The translations under genes were made by a program, and so were the position numbers. Below, piece by piece: positions 1-11,200 of a stretch of DNA of 64,000 bases. The stretch is from assembly GCF_001447785.1 (NCBI RefSeq), contig NW_015175975.1, positions 1,599,749-1,663,748 of the forward strand, read 5' to 3'. This stretch comes from Gekko japonicus (Eukaryota). The notes beneath the pieces are model-generated. The model worked only from the letters and a program-made list of their open reading frames with translations, did not search any database and was not told the DNA's origin. Each line of letters opens with the position of its first letter. The stretch's first letter is position 1.

Positions 1-45
1 TCAGAGACTTTAGCAACTTTTTCTAAAAGTAAACAATCCATAAGG

Positions 46-1325
46 ATGGCGGGGAAGAAGTCGAAGAGAGACAGAGTAGGAAAAACGAAACTAGTGGTAA
101 GCATGAGCCCCTGACCAGAAGAGGTCATTGAGTTCTCTAAATTGTTGGCAGATTCCTTGCGCCCTCTACTGGAACAGATAACTAATGTCAATCAACAGCT
201 TACAACTCTAAATCAGAATTTTGCAACTCAGCAGCTCCAGTTGACTGAAACTGCAAAAAAGATGGAGCAAACAGCTAAGCCAAGGAAATGGATGCAAACA
301 ACAAAAAAGTTAAGAAAAAAGTGAAAATGCTGGAAAAAAGGCAAGCTTCGGACGAATTTCAACTTCTACAATTACAAATGGAGAAAGCAAATCTGATCCT
401 CAGGTTTCAAAGGGTCTCAGAGGCAAAAGGTGAGAATCTAAAGCAACTGCTGAGCGAAGCATTAGCCCCAGTTACAGATTTGAAAGCAGACTACCTTACA
501 AGCGAAATGGATGTGGTCTATAGGGCCTATTCCATTTACATTAAGAAAAATAATCTGCCTGGGGAGATAGTTGTCAGATTCTCGAAGAAACACATGAAGG
601 ACTTAATCCTAAAAGCAACTATGGGAACACCCTTGAAAATCGGAGATAACACCATCAGGATCCTTAAAGACATTCCATTTGAAATAAGGCAATAGAGGAA
701 GAAGTATAAAGACTTGGTGCTTTTTCTACGAACAAATAGCATTGCCTACAGATGGTTGATTCCAAAATGCGTCACTTTCAAATTACACAATAAAAAAGAA
801 AAGATTGACTCCGTTTTCAAAGCACATGAATTCCGGAGATTGCAACTGGGAGAGACAGCTGAGGATGCTAAGGGAGAAGATGACAGCAAATCTAGTGGCG
901 AATTGGACTCAGAGTCTTCCGATGAGGATTCTGCTTCTGATAAAGGGGTGGCTGCCCCTAAACAAGCATATCATCTGAGGATTAGAAAAGATAAAACAAA
1001 GTGAAGGCTGAAGGACTCTGAATTGTGCCTTAAACTTTTTATTTTATTATAGAAGATGCTCTTGAAGTTTTCGTTAAATAGTTAAATCAATAGATAATAC
1101 GATAAATAATTTAGCATAATAGACTACGTTCAATGTAATTTTAGCAATGTTAGATTAGTACTTATACAAGCTGTTGTTATGATCTCCTATTCTTGGGGTT
1201 TTAGTTATTAGTGGTTAACTTTTCTTTCTCCTTAGATGTAGTTCCCTTCCTCTTTTTTTCATTGTAGTTTATAGTATATTAAAAATGCAATAAAAATCTC
1301 CTTTGGGGGACTTAAAAAAATAATA
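46..1325 (+). mobile_element. L1-type ORF1 relic with 3' UTR and A-rich tail, no ORF2 (HAL1/half-L1-like); 5' end may extend beyond the window
   Basis: ATG at 46; coiled-coil region (142-324) then L1 ORF1p RRM/CTD-like sequence (NLILRFQRVSE...EIVVRF...IRILKDIP...YRWLIP). Broken by stops at 112 and 693 and a frameshift near 300. Ends at 1004, followed by an AT-rich UTR, AATAAA near 1289 and an A-rich tail, then sequence homologous to V2R intron 5. Confidence 0.75.
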
Positions 1326-1880
1326 ACCTGCTGCTAGAAGTTCCGTGATAAGGGTGTCTGTGTTGGTACATTAAACCCCTGAGAACCTACTGCATTTATC
1401 ATTCAGATTTGAGGTTAAACCCTGCCCTATCCCATCCTTATATCACAGTTTTGTCCCAGACTATCCTGTCTCGAATGGCTGCTTCAAAAGAAAGGCTTTA
1501 AAGTTCTGATCTCTGAGTTGCCCAGCTTCCTTCCCGATGGAACTATCAAATTCCTTAAAATATTTATACCAGGCCTCTCAATCAAAGGTTTTTGAAATTA
1601 CAGCCACATAAAATCAATTGCAACAAACTTCCAGTAAATAATCAGCAATAAAAACAGCAGTAGAAGCTCAGGGAGGTGACAGCTGCGGTGCAAGTGCAAC
1701 CATAAAGATGGCCACTCTCTAGTAGTCCCCCCACCTTATCTTTGAAGTTTTTCCCCATAGATCACTTGCATTAATTTCCCCTTAAAACAGTCTGGATTTG
1801 AATCTCCTCATATCCCCAAGGAGTGATTTCTACTCTATATTTTAATTATATCTCTGAGATTTTCTTGTGGTTTTTTTCAG

Positions 1881-2453
1881 ACATGGATGGCTGTATCAAA
1901 TGCCCAGACACCAATATCCAAATAAGGCCCAAAATGAATGTACGCCCAGGGGTCATTTCGGGGGGGGGATCGCAGTTCCCCCAGGTGAGGTGTGGGGGGC
2001 GGGGCACACGTCGAAGCCCCCCCCTGCTTCCGGTCAGGGTAAAATGGCGATTTGACGCACCCTGTAAGTGCTCAGGGTGGACGAGTGTTCCTTACAGCAG
2101 TTTGGACTGTATTTTGGTCCAACGCAGCTTCCCCCAGGCAGGGGGAATGACTGGCAGGCATCAAGACCCAAGAGAGAGTTGAGATTGGTGTGATCAAGTC
2201 TTGGAGGAGGCTTGTATTACACTTTGATCTCCTCTCCCGAAGCGGGCGAGCACATTCAGGGGGTGTGGCCTTATGACACACTTCCGGTGATATCAGGGGG
2301 TGTGGCATATGCGAATGAGTTATGCTAATGAGCTTCCCTAGCTCTTTTTCTATGAAACGACCCCTGTGTACGCCCAAGAATATTAGTTTCCTGACTTATG
2401 AACAACCTTTGGGGATCATTGTGGTGTCATTTATTCTTTCTTTTTCTATGACT
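1881..2453 (+). pseudogene. Dead partial duplicate of V2R exon 6 (5' end), interrupted by a hAT MITE
   Basis: Acceptor ttttcag at 1880, then ACATGGATGGCTGTATCAAATGC as in gene D exon 6, with a 1-bp deletion. Insertion at 1947-2366. Resumes as [24 protein letters not shown] and truncates at about 2453. Confidence 0.9.
1947..2366. mobile_element. Non-autonomous hAT DNA transposon (MITE)
   Basis: TIRs CAGGGGTCATTTC / GAAACGACCCCTG (12/13 match); 8-bp TSD TGTACGCC at 1939-1946 and 2367-2374. Confidence 0.9.
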
Positions 2454-2665
2454 TTGCTGTACAAATATGTACTTTAGGACTTTGTTATTTTATTATAACT
2501 TTATTTTCATTAACAACTCTAGTTTCTGTGCTTTATTTACCCAACTAAAAACAACCTCTCACTAGTAATCTCCCCACCGTACCTTTGAGGTTGTTCCCCA
2601 CAGATCACTTGCATTAATTTCCTGATTTGATACTGAGATTTGCTTGTTGTTGTTTTTCCCCCCAG

Positions 2666-3570
2666 ACATGGATGACTGTATCAAATGCCCTGAAGACCAA
2701 TATCCAAATAAGGCCCAGAATGAATGCTCCTCCAAGAGTCTTAGTTTCCTGACTTATGAAGAACCTTTGGGGATCATTGTAGTGTCATTTATTCTTTCTT
2801 TTTCTTTGACTACAGTGTTTGTATTGATCACTTTTATAAAAAATCATGATACTCCCATAGTCAAAGCCAACAACCGGAGCCTCACCTACATCCTCCTCAT
2901 CTCCCTCCTACTTTGCTTCCTCTGCTCCTTCCTATTCATTGGGCACCCTGGGAGGGTGACTTGCCTGCTCCGGCAAACTTCTTTCAGCATGGTCTTCTCT
3001 GTGGCCCTTTCCAGTGTATTGGCCAAAACAATCACTGTAGTTCTGGCCTTCATGGCAACCAAACCAGGATCCAGAGTGAGAAGGTGGGTGGGGAAAAGAA
3101 TGGCAAACTCTATTGTCCTTTCCTGCTCATTTCTTCAAGCAGCTCTTTGTACAGTTTGGCTAATTTCCTCTCCTCCATTCCCATACACAGACATGAAGTC
3201 ACTCGATGATAAAATGATTCTAGAATGTAATGAGGGCTCATCTATGATGTTTTTCTGTGTTTTGGGATATATGGGCTTCCTGGCCATTGTCACCTTCACT
3301 GTGGCTTTCTTTGCCAGGAAGTTGCCAGATAGTTTCAATGAAGCCAAATTTATCACCTTCAGCATGCTGGTCTTTTGTAGTGTTTGGGTACCATTTATTC
3401 CCACCTACTATAGCATTAAAGGGAAGTCCATGGTAGCAGTGGAGATCTTCTCCATCTTGGCCTCCAGTGCTGGTTTACTGGGTTGCATATTTTCCCCTAA
3501 ATGCTACATGATTGTGATGAGGCCTGAGCTGAACGACAGGCATCATTTAATACCAAGGAAGTACCAATGA
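2666..3570 (+). CDS. V2R: V2R gene A, last exon (cysteine-rich end plus 7TM domain); upstream exons lie outside the window
   Basis: cag|AC acceptor; open frame with [35 protein letters not shown] and PKCY motifs; 905 bp, the same length as exon 6 of genes B and D. Confidence 0.93.
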
Positions 3571-3855
3571 ATATGAATTGTCCTAACTATATCAATTTAT
3601 TAACTTGTATATGTGGAATTAGGGTTGGATTGAATCTCTGTCCTCTGCTAAAAATTTACAAAACCTCTGGTACACCTATAACATCTATAGTTATTAGCCT
3701 ATAAAGTTGAAACTTTATCAGCTATATAGTTGAAGCTTTAGGACTCTGCTGGGTGCTTTGCCCTTCACGGGACACAAATTTGACTCACGTGACTTTTGCT
3801 TACTGGGAATGTTTATATTGTACAGCAGTCAGAATTCACTATCAAATTTTACATC

Positions 3856-4157
3856 TGTAGGGTATCTGAAGCTAGCTTCCTGTGATTCTCTTAGTTAAAC
3901 TTGATTATGTGAGTCACCCTAGCTTAACCCAGCTTCCCTTGACTTTCCGGACCCCAGAGATAGAAATAAAAGGGCTGATTTTGTTGTATATGTCAGATGT
4001 ATGCCAAATACTCATCACAGACTTGACTGACAGTTACAGTAGCTTCAAGGGGGTAAAAAAGAGTACTTAATGTTTGATTTTAGTCTTGTTCCTGGTTGTT
4101 CTGATCAACCACACTCAGTTATGGGTCTTGGCGAAATAACCAAGGATATCCTTTACA
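3856..4157. mobile_element. Possible solo LTR
   Basis: TGTAGGGTATC...GATATCCTTTACA inverted termini and an internal AATAAA; absent from the B and D 3' flanks; no matching TSD found. Confidence 0.3.
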
Positions 4158-4283
4158 GAATTACAGGTACACTATTTACGTATTGCAGTTGTGTTGAAAT
4201 ATCTAAAGTTGAATATTGAAATGCTACAAAATGTTTTCTGATGTAAGAATGCGTAATGGAATAAATTGAGTCTTGATTTAGAA

Positions 4284-4284
<1 letters not shown>

Positions 4285-4344
<60 letters not shown>
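4285..4344. repeat. (CT)n microsatellite
   Basis: About 30 perfect TC units. Confidence 0.98.
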
Positions 4345-4345
<1 letters not shown>

Positions 4346-4574
4346 ATAGGGAAGCTAGCTCCCCTCCCGCCCAAAATTCAACACAATTGGAATGAGGGTG
4401 CATGCAAAGGGTCTTGCATCCCCCATTTCCCCAACAGTATGCTATATGAGCCTCATTCATGTTATGATTCCATTTTTTAAAATAGGATTTTAGTTTTGTA
4501 TTCATGTAAGCATGCATTTATATCTTTACAAATCTGGGAATATAATGTAGTTAGTATTCATAAGATGCTTTTGT

Positions 4575-4790
4575 CCCAGTGCCAAAGCTTCAGCATGTTA
4601 GCCTTCTGCAGTGTTCAGAAGTTCCCTTTTCCTACCTACCTGACCACCAAAGGAAAACCCATGCCACAGGTGGAGATTTTCTCCATCGTTGCCACCAGTG
4701 TTGGGATGCATCCCTTTCTTTAAATTCTACATCATCATAAGGAGGCTTAAGCATAAGGAACAACATGATAAGGAGGAGAAAAGCCCAGAA
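4575..4790 (+). pseudogene. Decayed V2R TM6-TM7 fragment downstream of gene A
   Basis: Translates as [10 protein letters not shown]...[21 protein letters not shown]; homologous copies follow genes B and D. Confidence 0.8.
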
Positions 4791-5087
4791 GATGGTTCTT
4801 TACCTTTGACATAGCTTTTCTGGTCAGACTACTGCAATATACTCTGCCTAGGTATCCCTTGGAATTCAACTCAGTGACTCCAGCTGATGCAAAACACCTC
4901 AACTTGGTTATTAGTGGGAGCTAGATGGAACATGACACCAGTGTGAAACATCAGGGGGACATTCCAGGATTCTCAAAACCTCTACAGTTTTGGCAAAACT
5001 TAGGGCACCTTGTCAAGGAGTCCAAGCTCAACCCCATGGGTTCTCAGGGTTATTGTTCACAAGTAACCTAAGCTTTTCTTTTTTATG

Positions 5088-5325
5088 TACATAACATAAG
5101 AACAAAACAGAAGCCAATGTTGGATTAAGCCGATGGCCCCTCCAGTCCAATACTCTGTCACACAGTGGCCAAAAATACCAGGTGCCATCAGGAGGCCCAG
5201 CAGTGGGGCTAGGACACTAGAAACTCTCCCACAATTCCCCCTCAAACACCAAGAATACGTACATCACTTGACCCAGACCGAGAGTTCCTCTCTATACCTT
5301 GTGGCTAATAGCCACTGATGGACCT
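5088..5325 (-). mobile_element. CR1 LINE 3' end
   Basis: Antisense CR1-type tail (acataacataagaaca...ggcccctccagtcc); absent from the B and D flanks. Confidence 0.6.
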
Positions 5326-5699
5326 CAAAAAAATTGTATGGTTTCTTTTTAAAATTTCTGACAAAACAAAGATTTGTTCTATTGGCAACACAATTCTTTA
5401 AAACCATAAAGCAGAAAAAACCAAGAAAGTTAGCTTAACTAGCAAACACGTTTTCAAGACTTTTGTTAGATGGCACAAACCATAAGTTCAAGAGTCAAAG
5501 GCCACAGCATCATTTTTGTATGTATAACTGGCTATCGCAATATAAGCATATTGTAGTCTGGGCCTTCAGTCCATCAGAAACCAAGCTAGACTTCTTTTCC
5601 AGGTTCTTGGCTCAATCATAGTTTTTTTTAAAAAAAAATTGTTGACCACATCTCCACATAGTCTGTCTGGAACCCTCTAGAAAATTACCTCATCGGCTT

Positions 5700-6115
5700 C
5701 TAACATGTCACCCCTCAGTCTTCATTTCTTCAAGAGCCCTAACCTCTTTAACCTTTCTTCATAGGGAACGTGTTCCATCCCCTTAATCATTTTAGGTGCC
5801 CTTTTCTGCACCTTTATCAATGCTACAATACCTTTTTTTGAGGTGCAGTGACAAAAACGTACACAGTATTCCAAATGAGGCCACATCATCGATTTATACA
5901 GGGGCATTATGATACTGTCTGATTTTTTCCCCAGTCCCCTTCTTACTAATCCCCAGCATAACATTTGCCTTTTTTATTGCTGTCACACACTGAGTTGACA
6001 TTGTCAGTGAGTTATCTACCAAGACTCCTAGATCTCCATTACCGCCAGTTCAGACCCCCATCAATGTATATTTATAGTTAGGATTTTTGGCTCCAACATG
6101 CCTTGCTTTGCCCAA
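5700..6115 (-). mobile_element. CR1 LINE ORF2 3' fragment
   Basis: PLYKSMMWPHLEYCVRF...KVQKRAPKMIKGMEHVPYEERLKRLGL. Confidence 0.9.
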
Positions 6116-6601
6116 TTCTCTAAATCCTCCCAGGAGTGGCAGGTAGTGGACTGGCATTCCTTGCTTCAATCCTCACAAGTGACAAGGAATTAACCCTACA
6201 TGCCTTTTCTGTTGATCACCACATGCTCTTGAGTCTCTCGCAATTTTGAAAAACAATATTTTGAGGGGGCTGTATATTGCTTCTGCACAGCCAGCAACAT
6301 TTACCACTGCCTAGTAGAAAGATAGGCTGAGGAAAAATGGGAAGAGTGAATGACAAGAAGTTAGGCCCCGATTCATGATATTTTTTTTAATTGATTTCCT
6401 AGTTCGTATTGCTGGGAACAGTAGTTTTCATGGTTTTCATATTTTTGCATGACTATGAGGCACATGTAAGGTCTGGGTATTCTTCAGTCCCTTTGGGAAA
6501 TCATGTTTGTGGTTTGATGAGGGAAGGATTAGCAGAGAGGCAGGATGGAACTGAGAGGCACAGGAGAGTGCATTTCTTTGGTACTGTTGAATGTGTATAG
6601 T

Positions 6602-7132
6602 GGCCCCTGTCACACGGGCAGGAAACTGCAGAGGAGAAGTGTGGCTGTTTGCCCCGGGGCAAACTAACATGCAGTAAAGCGATCAGACCTACTGTGGAGG
6701 TTCTGTGGAGGTACTGTGGAGGTTCCATGGCAAGGGAGAGGTGCCGATCACAACACACGCCTGCGCGCAATGAAGAAGCGCGCGGCACGGCGAACTGGTT
6801 TTCTTTTTTTGTGTACACTACGAATGCGCATGCTCCGTTGGGTGCGTGTGCGCATCCACGGAGACGTGGGGGGAAAAAAACCCTTTTCCGCAAGGGGACA
6901 TGGGCGGGCGCCGGATACCACCGGAAACGCGATCAGACGCCCGCCCTTGCCCCGCAGTTTCTGGAAACTAGTACCTCCAAGGTACTAGTTTTTTGCTGCG
7001 CTTTTTCGGCAGGAAGCCTCAGTTGTGCCACGGAAGCGCTACGCTTCCCAGATGTGCTGGTGAGATCGCGACCGGAAACTCCGCTTGTCTTCCGTATCTC
7101 TTGCGTGGCTAATGTTGCGTGTGACCGCAGCC
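6602..7132. mobile_element. PIF/Harbinger-like MITE
   Basis: TIRs GGCCCCTGTCACACG / CGTGTGACCGCAGCC; 3-bp TSD AGT; CpG-rich; absent from the paralogous site near 39215; homologous to 28533-29023. Confidence 0.8.
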
Positions 7133-7951
7133 AGTGTGTACCAAGCAAAAGGTCCATCAAGCAAACACAAGTGGCTCCAGATGAAGCCCAAGACTGATCA
7201 CTTATGACCACTCATGAGACCATCTATGAGAAATCTTCCCTGATAATTTTTTACAGTAATTATACTGTCAAAAGGCTGTGCTTACACTGGCTGTGGATGG
7301 GGACAATCCTGATGTAACTGTCCATTTGCCACCTGCTCTTTCACATTATGCAAAAGATTAGACTCTTAGTGAGTTCTCAGAACAATAGCGGGGGGGGGAA
7401 TCCTTTTACAAGGTAATTTCTGCCTATGGTACCACAGCAGATTCTGTACTTGGAGGAGGTACTTTCCTCTCCCATAATGACTAATGCTTTTCTGAACTTC
7501 TTACCAAGAACCATCAGATGTCCAGAGACCACAGGAAAATAACACATGAAGCCCTGAATAATAGTTTAATAATAACAGATTCGCTTGAGCAGACAGAAAA
7601 GATAGGCTTTGCCACTTGAAGCTCTTTGATGTTTACACTTGGGATAGTGCAAAGTAACTCTGCATAGAATTGCCCTGTGGGTGTACCTTCCCTAATTGGT
7701 GGTGCTGTGACTTGTATCCGATGGAACATACTATAAGTAACTTGGACAGACCTCACCTAGTGCTTATTTTTTCCTTCAGAGTGACCTCCTTCTAGATTTT
7801 TATTTAAAAGTTACAATCAGACCTCAGTGCCCAGGCATTGGACAACTGTGGTGCAAGAACCTAGAACACAGATGGAGAAAGTGATACCACTGGTGCAGGG
7901 ATAGGTTTCAAAGCAGGAAATCAACAGTCACTCCAAAGTGGGTATACCAGG

Positions 7952-8286
7952 ATGATGACAACAGGAGAATATTCTGCCTTCCAAGTTTGGCTCCTATTTT
8001 TTAATTTATTTACTTACTTCATTTATCATCCAACTTTCTTGCTGAGACTCAAGACATTAGTGCCATTGCTCATGCTGATGCTCGTCATGTGGAGGGCATG
8101 TTCCATTCATCCCAACCTGAAGACTCATTCAATTCAGTGCAACAGGAATGGTTTCATCCCTATTCCACATGAATGTTATGAGCCAGGAGTTCTTGTCATT
8201 GGAGGGATTGCGTCTCAGATTTTCTTCCATCACAACCCTGTGCACTTTGGTGAGCAGCCCTCTCAGATGTTGATCGAGGAGGCAGT
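7952..8286 (+). CDS. V2R gene B exon 1
   Basis: Hydrophobic leader, [14 protein letters not shown], donor GT|gtaagg. Confidence 0.85.
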
Positions 8287-11200
8287 GTAAGGATCCATTT
8301 CTTCTTTTTCATTAGTTTTCAGCTTTTCTGTTAGACCATAATACTTGAATGGATCAATACAGCAAAAGAAAGAAAACATAAAGAACAGATCGACTTCATT
8401 TTGATGGGTTGTCTCTTATGGAAGACCCTCTTGTAAGTGGATGGTTCTGAGTTGTAGAGGGGGGAGAACCAAAATCCCACCCAATATGGAAACCATATTC
8501 CAGTGGATAGTTAGATGATTAAGTCATATTCTTAGTTTTACCTTCAGAACACCTTGTTAAATTAACCAAAAATTGCTCTGGTCTCCTCCCATACTTCCTT
8601 CATTCTCATGTTTCCCATCAATCGGTATATCTCTGTGCTTGCCTTTAAAAAACCTATTGCCATTTTCAAAATGGAAATGTTTCACTCTCTCTTTGATTCT
8701 CATGCCTTGACCTGGGTGGTCGAGGCTAGCCCAACCTTGTCAGATCTTGGAAGCTAAGCAGGGTCAGCCCTAGTGAGTACTTGGAAAGGAGACCTCAAAG
8801 AATAGCATTGCTGTGCAGAGGCGGGCAATGGCAAAACACCTATGAATGTCTCTTGCCTTGAAAACCCTACAAGGTGGTCATAAATTGTCTGTGACTTGAT
8901 GGCACTTTTCATCACTGCCATGGTTTCAAACCCAGTAGCTCCTTCTATTTCTTTAAAGCACCATGACAGTAAAAAAACATTTTATTCCATGTTATAACTA
9001 CATTTAAATAGTTATGACATTCAGCATTCCAGTGCAAAACAAAATTGGACATTCTTGTTTTATAGATCTATAGATACTAGGGTTGTTGTCTACTTGAGAT
9101 CTGCATTCAGAACTTAATTAATCAACTCTACCCTCCCACACCCTGTTCCTATGTTAGAATATAAATTCACAAATGAAATTGGTGGAAGTGATCAAGTTAC
9201 CTTACTTTCATTTTATTGTTGCAAGTCTTGTTTAATTAGCAATCCTGTGCATTTTCAGCAATGAAGCTTTTATTAAATCTTACCAATATACATCATATTT
9301 ACCTGTAACAAGAAAATTCACCGATAAAACAAAGTAAAATCAAAATCGAGCATAGCATAGCATTTTACAAAAGTGGCTTGTTATGAAAACAGGGGAGAAA
9401 TGAATGATCTTTTAACAGAAATGCACCAATAAACTTTTAGAGGGAAGCTAATAATATTTTTAAAATATGATAACAAACTGTTATTGTTGATTAGAGAAAT
9501 ATGGTTTGAAAGAACCATTTTTCTAATGTTAGATAATAGTAAATCAGTGCCATGTTTAGAGGCAGAGTCTGCAATTTTATCCATTTGGGGAAATGCCCAC
9601 ACTTTAACATACTAATCATCAATAGTCATCAGAACACAATTTTTCCATTTGGCTGCCATTAAACATTTAGCTACAGTCAGTAGAAGAGAAATTAATTCCT
9701 GTCTGATCTTGGGAATCTCAGGGTTATTCCATAAATTAAAATTAATGAGATTCCTGAATCCAATATCCAGTAATTAGATGAATGTGTTTTATTATCTTTT
9801 CCCAAAATAAAAGAACAGAATGACACCTCCACCAACTGTGTAGTAGTGATCCCTCCTCACATCAATTCTTCCAACATTTGGGAGGGAGTAAAGAATATAT
9901 ATGATGTAGTGAAGTGGGAATGATATACCAACGTGTAATCCTATGCATTTGATTGGAAAGAAGTTCCATTGAACTTGGTGGCCCTCTGGCTGAGTGAGCA
10001 TGCATAAGACTGAGTGGAACGTGCCTCAAGTAATTCTTGCTTCAGCCATATATTGCCTTCCTAGCCTCAGCTCCACTGTCTCCAGTATGGAGGAAATAAT
10101 CCCTCTCGGCTTCACAGGGTTGATTCAAAGATAAGTGTTAAAGTCCAATAACATTGTAATGCATGCAAAAACCGTTTCAGAATAATGAAGTGCTATGTAA
10201 ATGCCAAGCTTTTCATAAAGACTCCAGTTACTTTTCTTTCACACTTCCAAAAATGGCTACAATAGACTTTGCAATAACTATTTCCTTCTGGTTTGGGGGA
10301 ACTAAATATATAATGACCTGAAACAATAACACACATTGCAGGTAGCATTGCCAGAAGAGCAGAGAGTTGCAGAATATTAATGTTACATACATTTCAGAAG
10401 TGTGTTCACTGTTTTTTTTTAATCTTGGAGACATCTCTATGCAAGTAAAATTTTACGGTATAGGAAATGTCCTCTATGGTGCTACAGACATTTTTGATAC
10501 GTTGTTATGACTCATGTACCTCTGCCCCCCCAATCTTCCTATATCTGGGCCTTGAGAAAATTCTGTTTTAGTCTGTATATGAGGAAATATGCTTGCACAT
10601 GAAAAACCATACTTTGAATAAAACTTTGTTGGTCTTAAAGCTGCCAGTGTACTCAAACTTTGTTCATGTATCTCTCGTTACAGTGTGGACACAAAGCACT
10701 ATCAGCACATCCTTGCTTTGGTCTTTGCTGTGAAGGAAATCAATCACAATCCCAGGATCTTACCTAACATCACCTTGGGGTTCCACCTCTATGACAGCTA
10801 CTACAATGCACACATGACTTTTAAGGCTACACTAGCTCTGCTTTCCTCACAGCGTGAACACGTCCCCAACTACAAGTGTGATGTTCAGAATAATTTGGCA
10901 GCTGTTATTGGTGGACTTGGTTCTCAGACCTCCATCCACATGGCCACCATCTTAAAGATCTACAAGACTCCACAGGTAGATTTTGTAGTGGGAAGGGCAG
11001 AAGAATGCATTCCATGCTCATCTAATCAACAGTGATAGGTAAACTTCTCTGAGCTCAACTTGAAACCATTTGCATTCTTGTAAGCATCTTTGCCACTCTG
11101 TAGTCATGCTCAACAGAGATTTTTAGAAATGGCAGTCCCTCTCATCCTCCTAAATAGACTTCCCAATCCTCCTCAGCTTGACTTCTGGCAACAGATAACA

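Noticed and set aside
6380-7760. Upstream block (paralog 39010-39870) with coding-looking stretches such as SAYGTTA..GGGTFLSHND; considered an endogenous viral or processed-gene fossil
   Set aside because: Stops and frameshifts occur in the frames I translated and I recognise no convincing homology; its conservation is explained by the segmental duplication. A frameshift-aware BLASTX would settle it.
8735-8800. 5S rRNA gene (also near 40870, 31570 and 33775)
   Set aside because: Partial, diverged and fused to a SINE tail; not a functional rRNA gene.
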